Source of the DNA: Fibrobacteria bacterium | Lineage (GTDB): Bacteria; Fibrobacterota; Fibrobacteria; UBA11236 | DNA: 64,000 nucleotides | NCBI GenBank assembly: GCA_043732185.1 | Contig: JAYTHY010000136.1 | Coordinates: 60,330-124,329 of the forward strand | Direction of reading: 5' to 3' | Part shown: piece by piece, positions 9,632 to 19,419 of the stretch | How positions within the stretch are numbered: the first letter of the stretch is position 1 | Layout: the number at the start of each line of letters is the position of its first letter | Notes under the pieces: model-generated | What the model saw: only the letters and a program-made list of their open reading frames with translations | Told to the model about the DNA's origin: nothing | Database searches by the model: none | Position numbers and translations under genes: made by a program

Positions 9632-11815
9632 ATGGGCAAGCCCAAGAAATCCGGATTCATTCCTAAAAGTCTGCCTGACAAGGGCGTGATATTAGCCCGC
9701 CTGCGTAGACAAGGGGCGCTTCCCTTAAGTCAATCGGAACTGGAAACGGAACTAAAGATTCCCCGTGAAAAATCCTCGGAATTCCGTCGAATCCTTGTCG
9801 CCCTGACAGATTCTGGCCAAGTTCGAAAAGTAAAAGGCAATAAGTACATCTCCGCAACCGCCGAAGGAAGCGGTGTTACGGATCTATTTGGAGCACGCGA
9901 CGAGGCCGATGCAGGTGTTCCCGCTACGGAAAACAAATTCAAATTTCCACGCAGTGCGGGCAGGCCAGAACCGAGAACGAGTGCCAATCGTGAGAATCGA
10001 CGGGATAGAAAGAGCCGCCGTGATCCGGTGGGCCGACGCGAACGACCGGATCGAAAAAGTGGCCCCGACCACGCCCACGACGCCAACTTGGTTAAAGGAA
10101 AATTGATCAAACAAGGTGGATTTCACTTTGTGCAACCCCAACAGCGTCCGGGAGAAAAAAAATCCTGGGGTTTCCACGATGGCATGATTCTAGTCCCTCG
10201 AAAGGCTCTGGGGCAGGCTCGTCCTGGAGATATCGTTTCCGTTCGCATTGTCGAGGCGGATGGCGATGAACGCATTGGAAAAATTGTAGCGACCTTAAGT
10301 CAGGACGTCGATTTTGAGGCTGTGTCGAAAGCCTTTTTCAAAGAGTATGGACTTCCCTTCAGTTATCCCAAAGCGGCCATGGAAGAAGCCGGTGCGTTTC
10401 CTGAACCCGTTTTCGAAGCCAATTCCCAACGGCTCGATTTGCGCGCCAAGCACATCATTACCATCGATCCTTCCACTGCCAAAGATCATGATGATGCGAT
10501 TTCTCTGGAACGGAAAAAGAATGGCAATTGGATTTTAGGGGTGCATATCGCCGACGTGGCCGAGTATGTTACCGAAGACAGTGAACTGGATGAGGAGTCG
10601 GTACAACGCGCCTTTACCCAGTATCTGCCCTGGATTGCTGCACCTATGCTTCCTCAGCGTCTCTCTTCCGACTTATGCAGTTTGCTCGAAAACCGGGACC
10701 GCTTGGCTTTTAGTTGCATGATGGAAGTGGACTCGCAAGGGGAGGTCAAGAGCTTCGATTTTGTGGAAACGTTTATTCGCGTGGCGCATTTTTATTCCTA
10801 CGAAGAAGCGCAGGAAGCCAAAGAAAAAGGCGATCCTTTTCTCATTCTGATGGATGAGTTCACCTCGCAGTTGTTGGCGCGCCGCCATCGCGATGGGTTT
10901 CTCAATTTTCAGTTTCCGGAACCCAAGGTGGAAATGGAAAATGGAATCCCGGTGCGCATCTATCCCAGCCAGCGTTTGGCCTCGCATTCCTGGATTGAAG
11001 AATGCATGTTGCTAGCCAATCGTGCTACAGCAAGATTTTTAATCAAGCACAAGCTGCCGGGCCTTTACCGCGTGCATGAACAACCAGATATCGAAGCCGT
11101 GTCCGAACTTTGGACCTCCCAGGGTCAGGTCCACCGGGACAAAGGCATGATCGATGCCTTTAAAGATATCAGTCAAACGGGAGGGTTCCTCAATCCTGCC
11201 ATACAACAATTTTTCATCCGATTGTTAAGCCAAGAAGGTGGCGCATTACCAGCCGCCGTGCAGCGAAAAATTTTGCAAAGCATGAAGAAAGCACAATATT
11301 CTTCTGAGGCGCACGGCCACTTTGCTTTGGGCTGGATGGACTATGCGCATTTCACTTCACCGATTCGCCGGTATGCGGATCTTTGGACGCACCGGGTTAT
11401 CAAAGCTTTTGTGCGCGGAGAAAAAGTCCCCAAAAGTATGAAAGCACAGGCGGAGGATGTCGCCCAGCGGATTTCCGAACGGGAAATTGCGGTGATGAAA
11501 GTGGAACGCAAAGGCATGAAGACCGCCACGGCCTGGGTGCTGCGGAATTTTATTGGCGAAGAGTTTATCGGAGAAATCAGCGGGCTTGAAAATTTCGGAA
11601 TATTCGTCTCCTTGACCGAACCTTTTGGAGAAGGCTTGATTCCTATTCGTCGTCTGCGCGACGATTTCTACTCCAAGGATGAGAGCACAGGTTTTCTGGT
11701 TGGAAAAAGAACGCGTAAGACGTTCCATCTTGGTGATAAAATCCGCGTCCGCCTAGAGCGTTCGGATCCGTTTACGGCCCAAGTCGACTTTGAATATTTA
11801 GGCGAACCGGAATGA
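9632..11815 (+). CDS. rnr: Ribonuclease R / RNB-family exoribonuclease
   Basis: N-terminal HTH-like region, catalytic ITIDPSTAKDHDDAIS, VHIADV, IEECMLLAN, YAHFTSPIRRYADL and a C-terminal S1 domain. Confidence 0.93.
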   Translation: MGKPKKSGFIPKSLPDKGVILARLRRQGALPLSQSELETELKIPREKSSEFRRILVALTDSGQVRKVKGNKYISATAEGSGVTDLFGARDEADAGVPATENKFKFPRSAGRPEPRTSANRENRRDRKSRRDPVGRRERPDRKSGPDHAHDANLVKGKLIKQGGFHFVQPQQRPGEKKSWGFHDGMILVPRKALGQARPGDIVSVRIVEADGDERIGKIVATLSQDVDFEAVSKAFFKEYGLPFSYPKAAMEEAGAFPEPVFEANSQRLDLRAKHIITIDPSTAKDHDDAISLERKKNGNWILGVHIADVAEYVTEDSELDEESVQRAFTQYLPWIAAPMLPQRLSSDLCSLLENRDRLAFSCMMEVDSQGEVKSFDFVETFIRVAHFYSYEEAQEAKEKGDPFLILMDEFTSQLLARRHRDGFLNFQFPEPKVEMENGIPVRIYPSQRLASHSWIEECMLLANRATARFLIKHKLPGLYRVHEQPDIEAVSELWTSQGQVHRDKGMIDAFKDISQTGGFLNPAIQQFFIRLLSQEGGALPAAVQRKILQSMKKAQYSSEAHGHFALGWMDYAHFTSPIRRYADLWTHRVIKAFVRGEKVPKSMKAQAEDVAQRISEREIAVMKVERKGMKTATAWVLRNFIGEEFIGEISGLENFGIFVSLTEPFGEGLIPIRRLRDDFYSKDESTGFLVGKRTRKTFHLGDKIRVRLERSDPFTAQVDFEYLGEPE

Positions 11816-12525
11816 GTCTCAGCAACGCCCTGAGTTATCTCACGGTGCTGCCAATCCCCTTCAAGAAGCACCTACCGCTTAGTCTATCGGTTCATCACTT
11901 CCCATTGGTTGGAGCGGGCATGGGCAGCCTGTTGGTGCTGGCCCTGCAGCTTTTCAAATCCCTTCTGCCACCTTATCTAGCCTGCGTGGCAACGGTTGCT
12001 ATTTGGGAAGCCATGACCGGTGGCATTCATTTACGCGCTGTGTCCGAATTGATCCAAGGTCGCCGCGTCTACGCAGGGTCCGGATTCGGTTCCAAGCCGG
12101 AATACCATTGGCAGGGAATCGCCGCCGTCTTTCTCCTGCTGACTCTAAAAGTAGAGTGCCTGGTGCATATTCGTGCGGATTGGCAGCCCTTTGCCGTTTT
12201 ACTGGCTCCCATCCTTGGCCGGGGTTCGCAGGCGCTAGGGATCATATTTAGCAAGCAACGCCTGGATTCGGCCAAGAGTGGAACCGATCCGGTCCTCAGG
12301 GGCAGGCAGATTCGAGCTTTGTTTTTTACCGCTGCGCTGCTGATGGCTATGGTTCTGTTCCCTTTAAAAATCGCCGGCATCCTCATAATCCAGTATTTTC
12401 TACTGATGATCGTGGCTTTCCGATTCCTCAATGCCAAGATGGAAGGCCTAACTGTGCAGACGCTCGGGTCTGTGGCGGAATTGATCGAAGCCACCTTCCT
12501 AATATTTTGTGCCGGCCTTTCCTAA
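11812..12525 (+). CDS. CobS-like polytopic membrane protein (cobalamin synthase family, motifs degenerate)
   Basis: ALSYLTVLPIP, FPLVG..G and TGGIH match the CobS layout, but the conserved Asp motifs are missing. ATGA overlap with rnr. Confidence 0.65.
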   Translation: MSLSNALSYLTVLPIPFKKHLPLSLSVHHFPLVGAGMGSLLVLALQLFKSLLPPYLACVATVAIWEAMTGGIHLRAVSELIQGRRVYAGSGFGSKPEYHWQGIAAVFLLLTLKVECLVHIRADWQPFAVLLAPILGRGSQALGIIFSKQRLDSAKSGTDPVLRGRQIRALFFTAALLMAMVLFPLKIAGILIIQYFLLMIVAFRFLNAKMEGLTVQTLGSVAELIEATFLIFCAGLS

Positions 12526-12531
12526 AAGCAC

Positions 12532-12828
12532 TTACTCCGAATCGTAAATTTTTACTTGTGTCCAGAGCATGGAGCAATTGTCGCGAAAGTCATCGTGTAA
12601 AGGATGACTTTGGTAGGCGTCATGGCCAGCCAAATCTTGAAAGACGACTACTAGGGCATAGGTGTAAGAGCTGTCGATAACGGGTCTGGACGTGGCCGCG
12701 GGTTTGCCGACCCAGCCATGCAGGACGCTTGGTATTTTTAACATGGCGTTGGATTTGTCTTCGAAGCGACGGATTTCTTCTGGCTTGGTTCCCGGTTTCA
12801 ACCAGAAATAGACGGTGTGAACGAACAT
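12532..12828 (-). CDS. Dabb family stress-responsive alpha/beta barrel protein
   Basis: FVHTVYFWLK..SYTYALVVVF..HDAYQSHPLH..VKIYD. Confidence 0.88.
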   Translation of the reverse strand: MFVHTVYFWLKPGTKPEEIRRFEDKSNAMLKIPSVLHGWVGKPAATSRPVIDSSYTYALVVVFQDLAGHDAYQSHPLHDDFRDNCSMLWTQVKIYDSE

Positions 12829-12839
12829 TAAAATTCCTT

Positions 12840-14165
12840 TCAACGGGGGTTAAGGTAATGCTGGCAATAGAAGTCCCAGAAGGCCAATGCCGCCCGGTCA
12901 TAGGTGAATAATAACGCACGTTCTCGCGCGTTGGTTTTAAAAAGTTTTAGCATTTCGGAATTCTCGACCAAGGTTAGGATTTTTTCTTCCAAATCACCGG
13001 CACGTTCCGGATCGAAAATAAGTCCGCATACTCCATCAACAATGATTTCACATGGGCCACCCTGGTTGGAAGTGATGCAGGGTATTCCCGAAGCTAAGGC
13101 TTCGACCACGCTGTTGCCAAAGGTATCCGTCAAGCTGGGAAAAACCAGAATATCTGCAGAAGCAAAAATTCCTGCCAGGTTTTCGCCATGCATCACCCCG
13201 GTAAAATGAACATTGGGATGCTTAGCTAGGTTGGCTTCCAACTCTTTGCGATAAGGGCCCTCACCCACAATTGTGAGACTTAAATCCGGCTGTGATTTGG
13301 CGATGTTGGTATAGGCTTCAGCCAGCCGCGCCAGATTTTTTTCGCGCGAAATGCGTCCCACATACAACAGTTTTATTCCTGAGGCAGGAAGGTTCAAGCT
13401 TTGCCAGACGCCGTTCTGGGCCTTGTCCGGATGGTAATTTTGAAAATCGACTCCGCGTGGCAGTTTAAAGATTCTCTCGGAGTGTACGCCCATCTCCTTG
13501 ACTTTGGCGCTGTAGGCGAGGGAAGGGGTAATCACGGGTCCAGCCCAATGGGTTACGATTTTGGTTGTGGTATTGATGCCCCAAACAGCGGCCCGATTGT
13601 CTACCAGTAGTTTTGAATAGGTGAGAATATCCGTACGGTAATGGCTCAGCGTTTGAATGCCGATAAACTTAGCTGCCAACAAGCAAAGAATGGATACGGG
13701 ACCCGGCGTTTGCAATTCGATCATGTCTATGGAATGTTCTTCCAAGAATCGCAGGAAATGACTAAAACGCATGAGCGCGACTTCACTGGCTGGATATCCG
13801 GCCTGGTCCATGGAATAGCGTCCCGGTGCCAGGATGACACTGTGGTCGTCCTCTTCCACGCGCGGTGCTCGCGTATGAAATGCAACGCCAAATAAGAAGA
13901 TGGCATGGCCTCGTGCGCGCATTTTTCGCAGCATGATACGGGAAGAAATGGCGATGCCATTGACCTCATCCAAATTATCGCCTACGCAGGCTACAACCGG
14001 CTCCGGGCCGCGTTTCCGATCCGTTCTCCGATAGGCTCGCCGCAACTTAATCAGTCTAGGGGTGTTTATCAGGACTTCCAGCACGAATAAGCAGAGAAAT
14101 CGAAGGATACCGGCTGGGGCCATTTGGCCGTGAGGCCGATAGTTCCGGGTTTCGCTGGGTTCCAT
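12840..14165 (-). CDS. GT4 glycosyltransferase (glycolipid synthase-like)
   Basis: EVNGIA, TPGPV, RGVD, YVGRISREKN and FPSLTDTFGNSVVEALASG. Confidence 0.88.
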   Translation of the reverse strand: MEPSETRNYRPHGQMAPAGILRFLCLFVLEVLINTPRLIKLRRAYRRTDRKRGPEPVVACVGDNLDEVNGIAISSRIMLRKMRARGHAIFLFGVAFHTRAPRVEEDDHSVILAPGRYSMDQAGYPASEVALMRFSHFLRFLEEHSIDMIELQTPGPVSILCLLAAKFIGIQTLSHYRTDILTYSKLLVDNRAAVWGINTTTKIVTHWAGPVITPSLAYSAKVKEMGVHSERIFKLPRGVDFQNYHPDKAQNGVWQSLNLPASGIKLLYVGRISREKNLARLAEAYTNIAKSQPDLSLTIVGEGPYRKELEANLAKHPNVHFTGVMHGENLAGIFASADILVFPSLTDTFGNSVVEALASGIPCITSNQGGPCEIIVDGVCGLIFDPERAGDLEEKILTLVENSEMLKLFKTNARERALLFTYDRAALAFWDFYCQHYLNPR

Positions 14166-14285
14166 GCAAAGGAAACATAAAAATAATCCCCAGCGAGTAT
14201 GGAGGTACCCGCTTTGTGGAGGGCTTTGCAGCCTGTCGAAGTGAGGGAGCGATTGCTAAATAGGTTCTGGAGGCGGAACCCAAAC

Positions 14286-15434
14286 GTGATCTTCCTGGAC
14301 ATCAACACTTTTTTTTCACCCAAAGCCGGCGGCATCCGTACGTATCACCAGGCCAAAATCGCTTGGTTTAAAAATCGTCCCGAACATCAATATTATTTGA
14401 TCTATCCGGGTTCCAAATATCGCGTCCTAGCTATAAGCCCACAGGTTCATTTGGTGGAAGTATTCGGACCAGCCGTAACAGCCGATCCTTCCGGGTATCG
14501 GATTTTGCTGGATTACTGGCGCATCTTCCAATGGATCCGGATATTGAAACCGGATGTTCTGGAAGCGGGAGATCCGTGGCTTACAGGTTTATTTTGCCTG
14601 GCACTCAAAAAATCAGGTTTTTATAAAGGCCTGCTGGTTTCCTTTTACCATAGTGATCCTGTTCCAAGTTACCTGGAACCCTGGGCGCGTCGTGGGCGAT
14701 TTAAATTCTTGAAGCGCATTCTGGTGCACTTGGGTGGGCGACTTTTTTATCAAATGCAAACCGGATATGATGTCACGGCCGTAGCGTCGCGAACCATGGA
14801 AGGCCGCTTGTCTAAAAGGGGAATTCCACATCTTGCGTACTTGCCCTTTGGAGTGCCAGCGCGGTTTTTAGACCCGCTTCCGATGCGGGAGAAAGAAAAT
14901 AGTCGCATTCTGTATGCCGGGCGCTTGGACAGGGAAAAGGGAATTGAACTGGTTCTAAATGCATTGCCCGAATTGCTGGCGGATGCTAACGTGGAAATAT
15001 CCGTAATGGGACGGGGCAGTTTTGCGGATCGCTTCCTGGCTTTTCAGCATCCGCGTTTTACCTTTCTCGGATTTTTAGAAGGACAGGACGAGGTGTGTCG
15101 CGTTTATGATGCGCACGATATTCTTATGGCTCCCGGCCCCTTTGAAACTTTTGGTCTGGGTGTACTGGAGGCCATGGCCCGGGGCCTGGTAGTCGTAGGA
15201 CCGGATGCCGCTGGCACTGGAGAAATGCTGCGCGAGGCCAAATCTCCCTATATTTTTAAGCAGGAGGATCTGGCCGATTTTTTACGTGCCCTGGGAGCGG
15301 CCAGGACCGCAGAGCGCGCCGTCGATTCCGCCAATGCTCGTGAATTGGCCCAAGGCTATGGCTCCTGGGACGATGCCGTGGAGCGAATGGTGACCTACTA
15401 TGCTAATATGGGAAAGCTCGCCGAGTACTTTTAA
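14286..15434 (+). CDS. GT4 glycosyltransferase
   Basis: FFSPKAGGIRTY, YAGRLDREKG and PFETFGLGVLEAMARG. GTG start at 14286 chosen, downstream of GGAGG. Confidence 0.87.
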   Translation: MIFLDINTFFSPKAGGIRTYHQAKIAWFKNRPEHQYYLIYPGSKYRVLAISPQVHLVEVFGPAVTADPSGYRILLDYWRIFQWIRILKPDVLEAGDPWLTGLFCLALKKSGFYKGLLVSFYHSDPVPSYLEPWARRGRFKFLKRILVHLGGRLFYQMQTGYDVTAVASRTMEGRLSKRGIPHLAYLPFGVPARFLDPLPMREKENSRILYAGRLDREKGIELVLNALPELLADANVEISVMGRGSFADRFLAFQHPRFTFLGFLEGQDEVCRVYDAHDILMAPGPFETFGLGVLEAMARGLVVVGPDAAGTGEMLREAKSPYIFKQEDLADFLRALGAARTAERAVDSANARELAQGYGSWDDAVERMVTYYANMGKLAEYF

Positions 15435-15453
15435 TGCCAGGGATATTGAAATC

Positions 15454-16218
15454 ATGCCTGTGACTCCGCCGCTTAAAATTCTGATTTCCATGCATGATGC
15501 TACGCCCTTTCATTTGTCGCGACTGCGAAAGGCTGAGGCTTTTTTTCTAGAACTGGGTCTGGAAAAGGTGACCTATCTATTCATCCCCGAGTACCATGGA
15601 AGTCACCTTGCTTCCAGCAGCCCAGAATTTATCGACTGGTGCAACAGCCCTAGGCCTTTTCAGGTACAGTGGCATCTACACGGCTACCAACATCTGGAGA
15701 CAAAGGTTCATTATAACAGCGCGCCAAAAAGCCCTTTCGCAAGGCAAGCTCTACAACGCACATTTATGACTGCTGGAGAAGGGGAATTCCTGGCGCTGGA
15801 TAAGCCTGCCATTGCAAAAAAACTTGAACAGGGTCGCCAGGTTTTTCGCAGCTGTTTGCAAGTGGACCCGCTGGGATTTGTCGCGCCCGCTTGGTTGTAC
15901 AATACCAATCTACCCGCCGCGCTCCTCCAACAAGGAATTCGCTACACGGAAAATCACCATACGCTTTTTGATTTGAATTCTGGCCACACTTTTCCCAGCC
16001 CTGTGATAACCTGGGCCACTCGTTCGCTTATGCGAAAATATGGATCCTTACTGGTTTGCCCCATACAAGCCAAGCTATGGCGATCCACTCCGGTATTGCG
16101 CGTTGCGATGCATCCATTTGATTTCGATCACTCGGCTACGGTGGCGAGCATTCGCTCTGTATTGAGTGGTTTGCTGCAATCCCGAGATCAAATTTTTTGT
16201 GATGAACTGAAGGTCTGA
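15454..16218 (+). CDS. DUF2334 / polysaccharide deacetylase-like protein
   Basis: ISMHDATP, LHGYQH, GEGEF, GFVAPAW and LRVAMHPFD. Confidence 0.85.
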   Translation: MPVTPPLKILISMHDATPFHLSRLRKAEAFFLELGLEKVTYLFIPEYHGSHLASSSPEFIDWCNSPRPFQVQWHLHGYQHLETKVHYNSAPKSPFARQALQRTFMTAGEGEFLALDKPAIAKKLEQGRQVFRSCLQVDPLGFVAPAWLYNTNLPAALLQQGIRYTENHHTLFDLNSGHTFPSPVITWATRSLMRKYGSLLVCPIQAKLWRSTPVLRVAMHPFDFDHSATVASIRSVLSGLLQSRDQIFCDELKV

Positions 16219-16262
16219 ACACGGATTCTAAGTGAGAGAATCCAATCTCGAGTTTAAAGAAT

Positions 16263-17213
16263 TTAAATTCCTTGGCTAATGACTTTATGCGCAAGCATGT
16301 GGAATAAAGTTGGCGAGCTGGAAAGTTTTCCCAGATTATCCCTGGTCAGGGTGGCCGCAAGATCCTTGTGATTGCTGGAACACCAATGGATGACAAAGGT
16401 CGAATCCGGTAGGGTGGCGGCTGGCCCATAAAAGAATCGAAAGGTCTGGCTGGGGGGGATGTTGTAAAAATAGCTGGAATCGAGTCGATGCATGTCCTGA
16501 CCCGGTGCCAGGTCCCAGGTTCGATTCATGAGAATGGGTCCCAGTGCGTATTTGACTGTAGGATTGGTGTCCGGTATCAAGGCGATGACTCGCGCAAAAA
16601 AAGCACTGCCGGCTTCACAACCTAAAACCGCATTGTTGAGTTTCTTGTCGCTCCAACCGCGCATCAGCAAGCGATTGAGGGCGTTTAATACGTATGAATC
16701 CCCGAGCATGCGGCAATTCCAAAGCGATAGTGCGTAACTAAGGCCAAAGAGTACGCCCGTCGGAATAATTGCCAGTTTAAATTTTCCCGAAACGCGGTCA
16801 TCATCATATCGAAAGACAGCCTCCTCGCCGATAAAGGCTGGATGGGACAGCAAGGGTTTAAAATCCCGGATGGTTATCGTGTCGAAATCGAGATAAATGC
16901 CCCCCTCTTTGAAAAGTATCAGGTAGCGCAGGATATTGCTGCGACCAGCCAGGTACCCGGAGGAAATGCCTTGCAGAACGGGAACTACCGAAGCCATGGA
17001 AGGCGGCAGCCCGGACAGTAGGCTATCCATGTCAATGGGCTGGAAAGTGACTTTTTTTTGCAACGCCAGCCAATCGGCATTGTCTGGTGGATCCTGGAAA
17101 TGGATGGTAATTTTGGCGCCTGGATTGGTTTGCAGAAGTGATTCCACCGCCAGCCGGTTTACAAAAGGGAAATGTCGACCAATCCAAATGAGATGGAAAT
17201 GATGTGGAATCAG
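16263..17213 (-). CDS. GT32 / DXD-motif glycosyltransferase, probable CTG start
   Basis: SNILRYLIL..EGGIYLDFD, LNNAVL, LGP and HW. The frame extends 22 codons upstream of the GTG at 17147 as (L)IPHHFHLIWIG, the typical GT32 N-terminus. Confidence 0.85.
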   Translation of the reverse strand: MIPHHFHLIWIGRHFPFVNRLAVESLLQTNPGAKITIHFQDPPDNADWLALQKKVTFQPIDMDSLLSGLPPSMASVVPVLQGISSGYLAGRSNILRYLILFKEGGIYLDFDTITIRDFKPLLSHPAFIGEEAVFRYDDDRVSGKFKLAIIPTGVLFGLSYALSLWNCRMLGDSYVLNALNRLLMRGWSDKKLNNAVLGCEAGSAFFARVIALIPDTNPTVKYALGPILMNRTWDLAPGQDMHRLDSSYFYNIPPSQTFRFFYGPAATLPDSTFVIHWCSSNHKDLAATLTRDNLGKLSSSPTLFHMLAHKVISQGI

Positions 17214-17328
17214 GAAAGCCTCCCAGAGCAGGGCCGGTTAGCCGCCTGGTGGCAAACCGCGTGGAGAGTATTGTAGTAAAAATTTTGTGATTTTATGGGA
17301 ATCAGTAGGTTACCATATCCTTGGAATC

Positions 17329-19404
17329 ATGCGTTTGCCCACTACATTGGTTTTATTGCTTTCCTCTTGCTGCTTGGCAACCGGAAACCCAACTGGAAAC
17401 CAGGCTGATATTAACCGCCCATTTTTGCTGGATGCTTGGCAGTACCGTGTGGACGCCAATCATGGCGTGCATGCATGGAATCGAAGCAATGACGGCATGC
17501 GGGTATTCCAGGAATGGATCACCTTGCTTACCAAAGCACGCTCCGGCACAAAGGAACAGCAGCGCCAAGTGGGTTTGGCTTTGCAAGCCTATGTGGTGGG
17601 GGGCAACATTGGGCCGCTGGGATTTATCGGCACCAGTCTGCCCGTGCCGGGTTATGATCAAGGGGACTTTGATATGTCCTTACTGGGGTGCTCTTCTTTG
17701 TTGGGTCTCTTTATCGAGGATCCTTTACTGCTCACCGATGCGACGCTTATCCACCTTCTACAAAAAGTGGTTCGCACTTGGGGTCAAATACCCAAAGCGT
17801 ACTTTGATGTATTGTTCGTCAGTGTCCCGGAAACCGAGAATCACCTCTTCATGACGGAATCCACACGCTTCCTGACCAATCAAATCCTATATGAAAATTC
17901 TCGGCACCTAACGAAACTTAAGACGTTACGGGATTCCCTCGTCTCAGCAGGTTTTGTCCTTGACAACCAAGAAGGCATGCTGAAACAACTTCTACTCAAG
18001 GCCATGCAGAAATCCATGTGCAAAGGATTTTTCGAATTCAATGCGCAAATCTACCAACGTTTTACAATCCATGCCCTCGATAATCTGTATTCCTTCGCCC
18101 ACGATTCAGCCATTAACAATGGGGCAGCTTGTTTACTCGATTACTTGGCAACGGTTTTCGCCTTTCAAAGTATTGGGTCCATTCGTTACGGACCTTACAG
18201 AAGGTCTTCGGAAGTTTTTTTAGATAGTGTATTAATGGCCAATGACGCGGCCGGAAGTTTTTTTGCCGTACAGTCTGGCGCCTTCAGCTCGTGTGTGGGA
18301 CTACGCCGAGATTTTTGGAAAACTCAAATTGCCCATGCATCCATGGGTTTATATTCCACGGTGCTCAAATACCGGGTGCCGGATCCCATTTTAAATTTTA
18401 TGCAAAACAGAATTGGGGAATATCGGGCGGAAATGCGCTCAGCTTATGCCGGTGAAGGCAATCGGGAACAGCTTACCGAGGTGTACCATGGCTCGCAGAA
18501 TTTCTTGCTCACTGCTGGCGGCCGCTACGAAAATAGTATAGGCCCAAATTTTCCCACCCTCCAAAATTGGTTTGGCGCAGCTCCCTGGGTGTACGACGTA
18601 ATTACTCGTTCCAGTACCTTGCTGCTCAATCCTGAAAAGGAAAATCCCCGGGTTCTTTTGGACATTTTGCATTTCCGCGGCTCACAATGGCGGGCCAACA
18701 ATCTGGCTATATATCGAAACTTTCTCTATGGGTACACGGCAGTCGATACCTATAAAAGTGCGGAATGGCCGCAGCATGTACCCGACAAATGGTTCAAAGC
18801 CGGAGAAACGTTAATCACTTATACCACCCGCGATTTTGATTTTCGTTTTGTGAACCGAAGTACTTCTGGCGTTTACATTGTTTTGGGGCGATTGCGGTCG
18901 TCGAATACTTTCTTGCACTGGCGCTACCAGAAATTTTTGCGCGGCACCATTGAAGTTGTAGACACTTCGAGAGTGGCTTCTGTTTCAGCGCTTAAGGACA
19001 GCATTCTCAAGTTAAATACGTCTAAAAATTACTGGACCTTGGGCAGGCATCGTTACGTCTACGTAAATTTTGATGGGGCGCGGATTCATTTGAATCCTCG
19101 CTATGATGATGAAAGGGACGGTATAGTCATGGTGGAGGAAAAGGAGCAGGCCTATGACACATTAAGTGCCAATATTGTCCTACCCTTCCAATGGCCGGCC
19201 TCTGTGGATTTTCCCTTATTTCAAGTGAACTTCTACACGCCCTGGAAAGGAAATGCGGCTGTATCTGATGGCAAGGGTAACATGTATGTCTTCAATCCAT
19301 CCACAGGTGGGTACCTGATGGAAAATTTTAATGAGTGGTGGAATCCCAGACGTAAATTAGGAGTCGGAAGCGATTCTTCCTCGGGTTTGACCCATCCGTT
19401 TTAG
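17329..19404 (+). CDS. Large secreted hypothetical protein
   Basis: About 690-aa ORF with a signal-peptide-like start (MRLPTTLVLLLSSCCLA). Helical N-terminal half and beta-rich C-terminal half. No family recognised. Confidence 0.75.
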   Translation: MRLPTTLVLLLSSCCLATGNPTGNQADINRPFLLDAWQYRVDANHGVHAWNRSNDGMRVFQEWITLLTKARSGTKEQQRQVGLALQAYVVGGNIGPLGFIGTSLPVPGYDQGDFDMSLLGCSSLLGLFIEDPLLLTDATLIHLLQKVVRTWGQIPKAYFDVLFVSVPETENHLFMTESTRFLTNQILYENSRHLTKLKTLRDSLVSAGFVLDNQEGMLKQLLLKAMQKSMCKGFFEFNAQIYQRFTIHALDNLYSFAHDSAINNGAACLLDYLATVFAFQSIGSIRYGPYRRSSEVFLDSVLMANDAAGSFFAVQSGAFSSCVGLRRDFWKTQIAHASMGLYSTVLKYRVPDPILNFMQNRIGEYRAEMRSAYAGEGNREQLTEVYHGSQNFLLTAGGRYENSIGPNFPTLQNWFGAAPWVYDVITRSSTLLLNPEKENPRVLLDILHFRGSQWRANNLAIYRNFLYGYTAVDTYKSAEWPQHVPDKWFKAGETLITYTTRDFDFRFVNRSTSGVYIVLGRLRSSNTFLHWRYQKFLRGTIEVVDTSRVASVSALKDSILKLNTSKNYWTLGRHRYVYVNFDGARIHLNPRYDDERDGIVMVEEKEQAYDTLSANIVLPFQWPASVDFPLFQVNFYTPWKGNAAVSDGKGNMYVFNPSTGGYLMENFNEWWNPRRKLGVGSDSSSGLTHPF

Positions 19405-19419
19405 TTACATTATTCTGAT

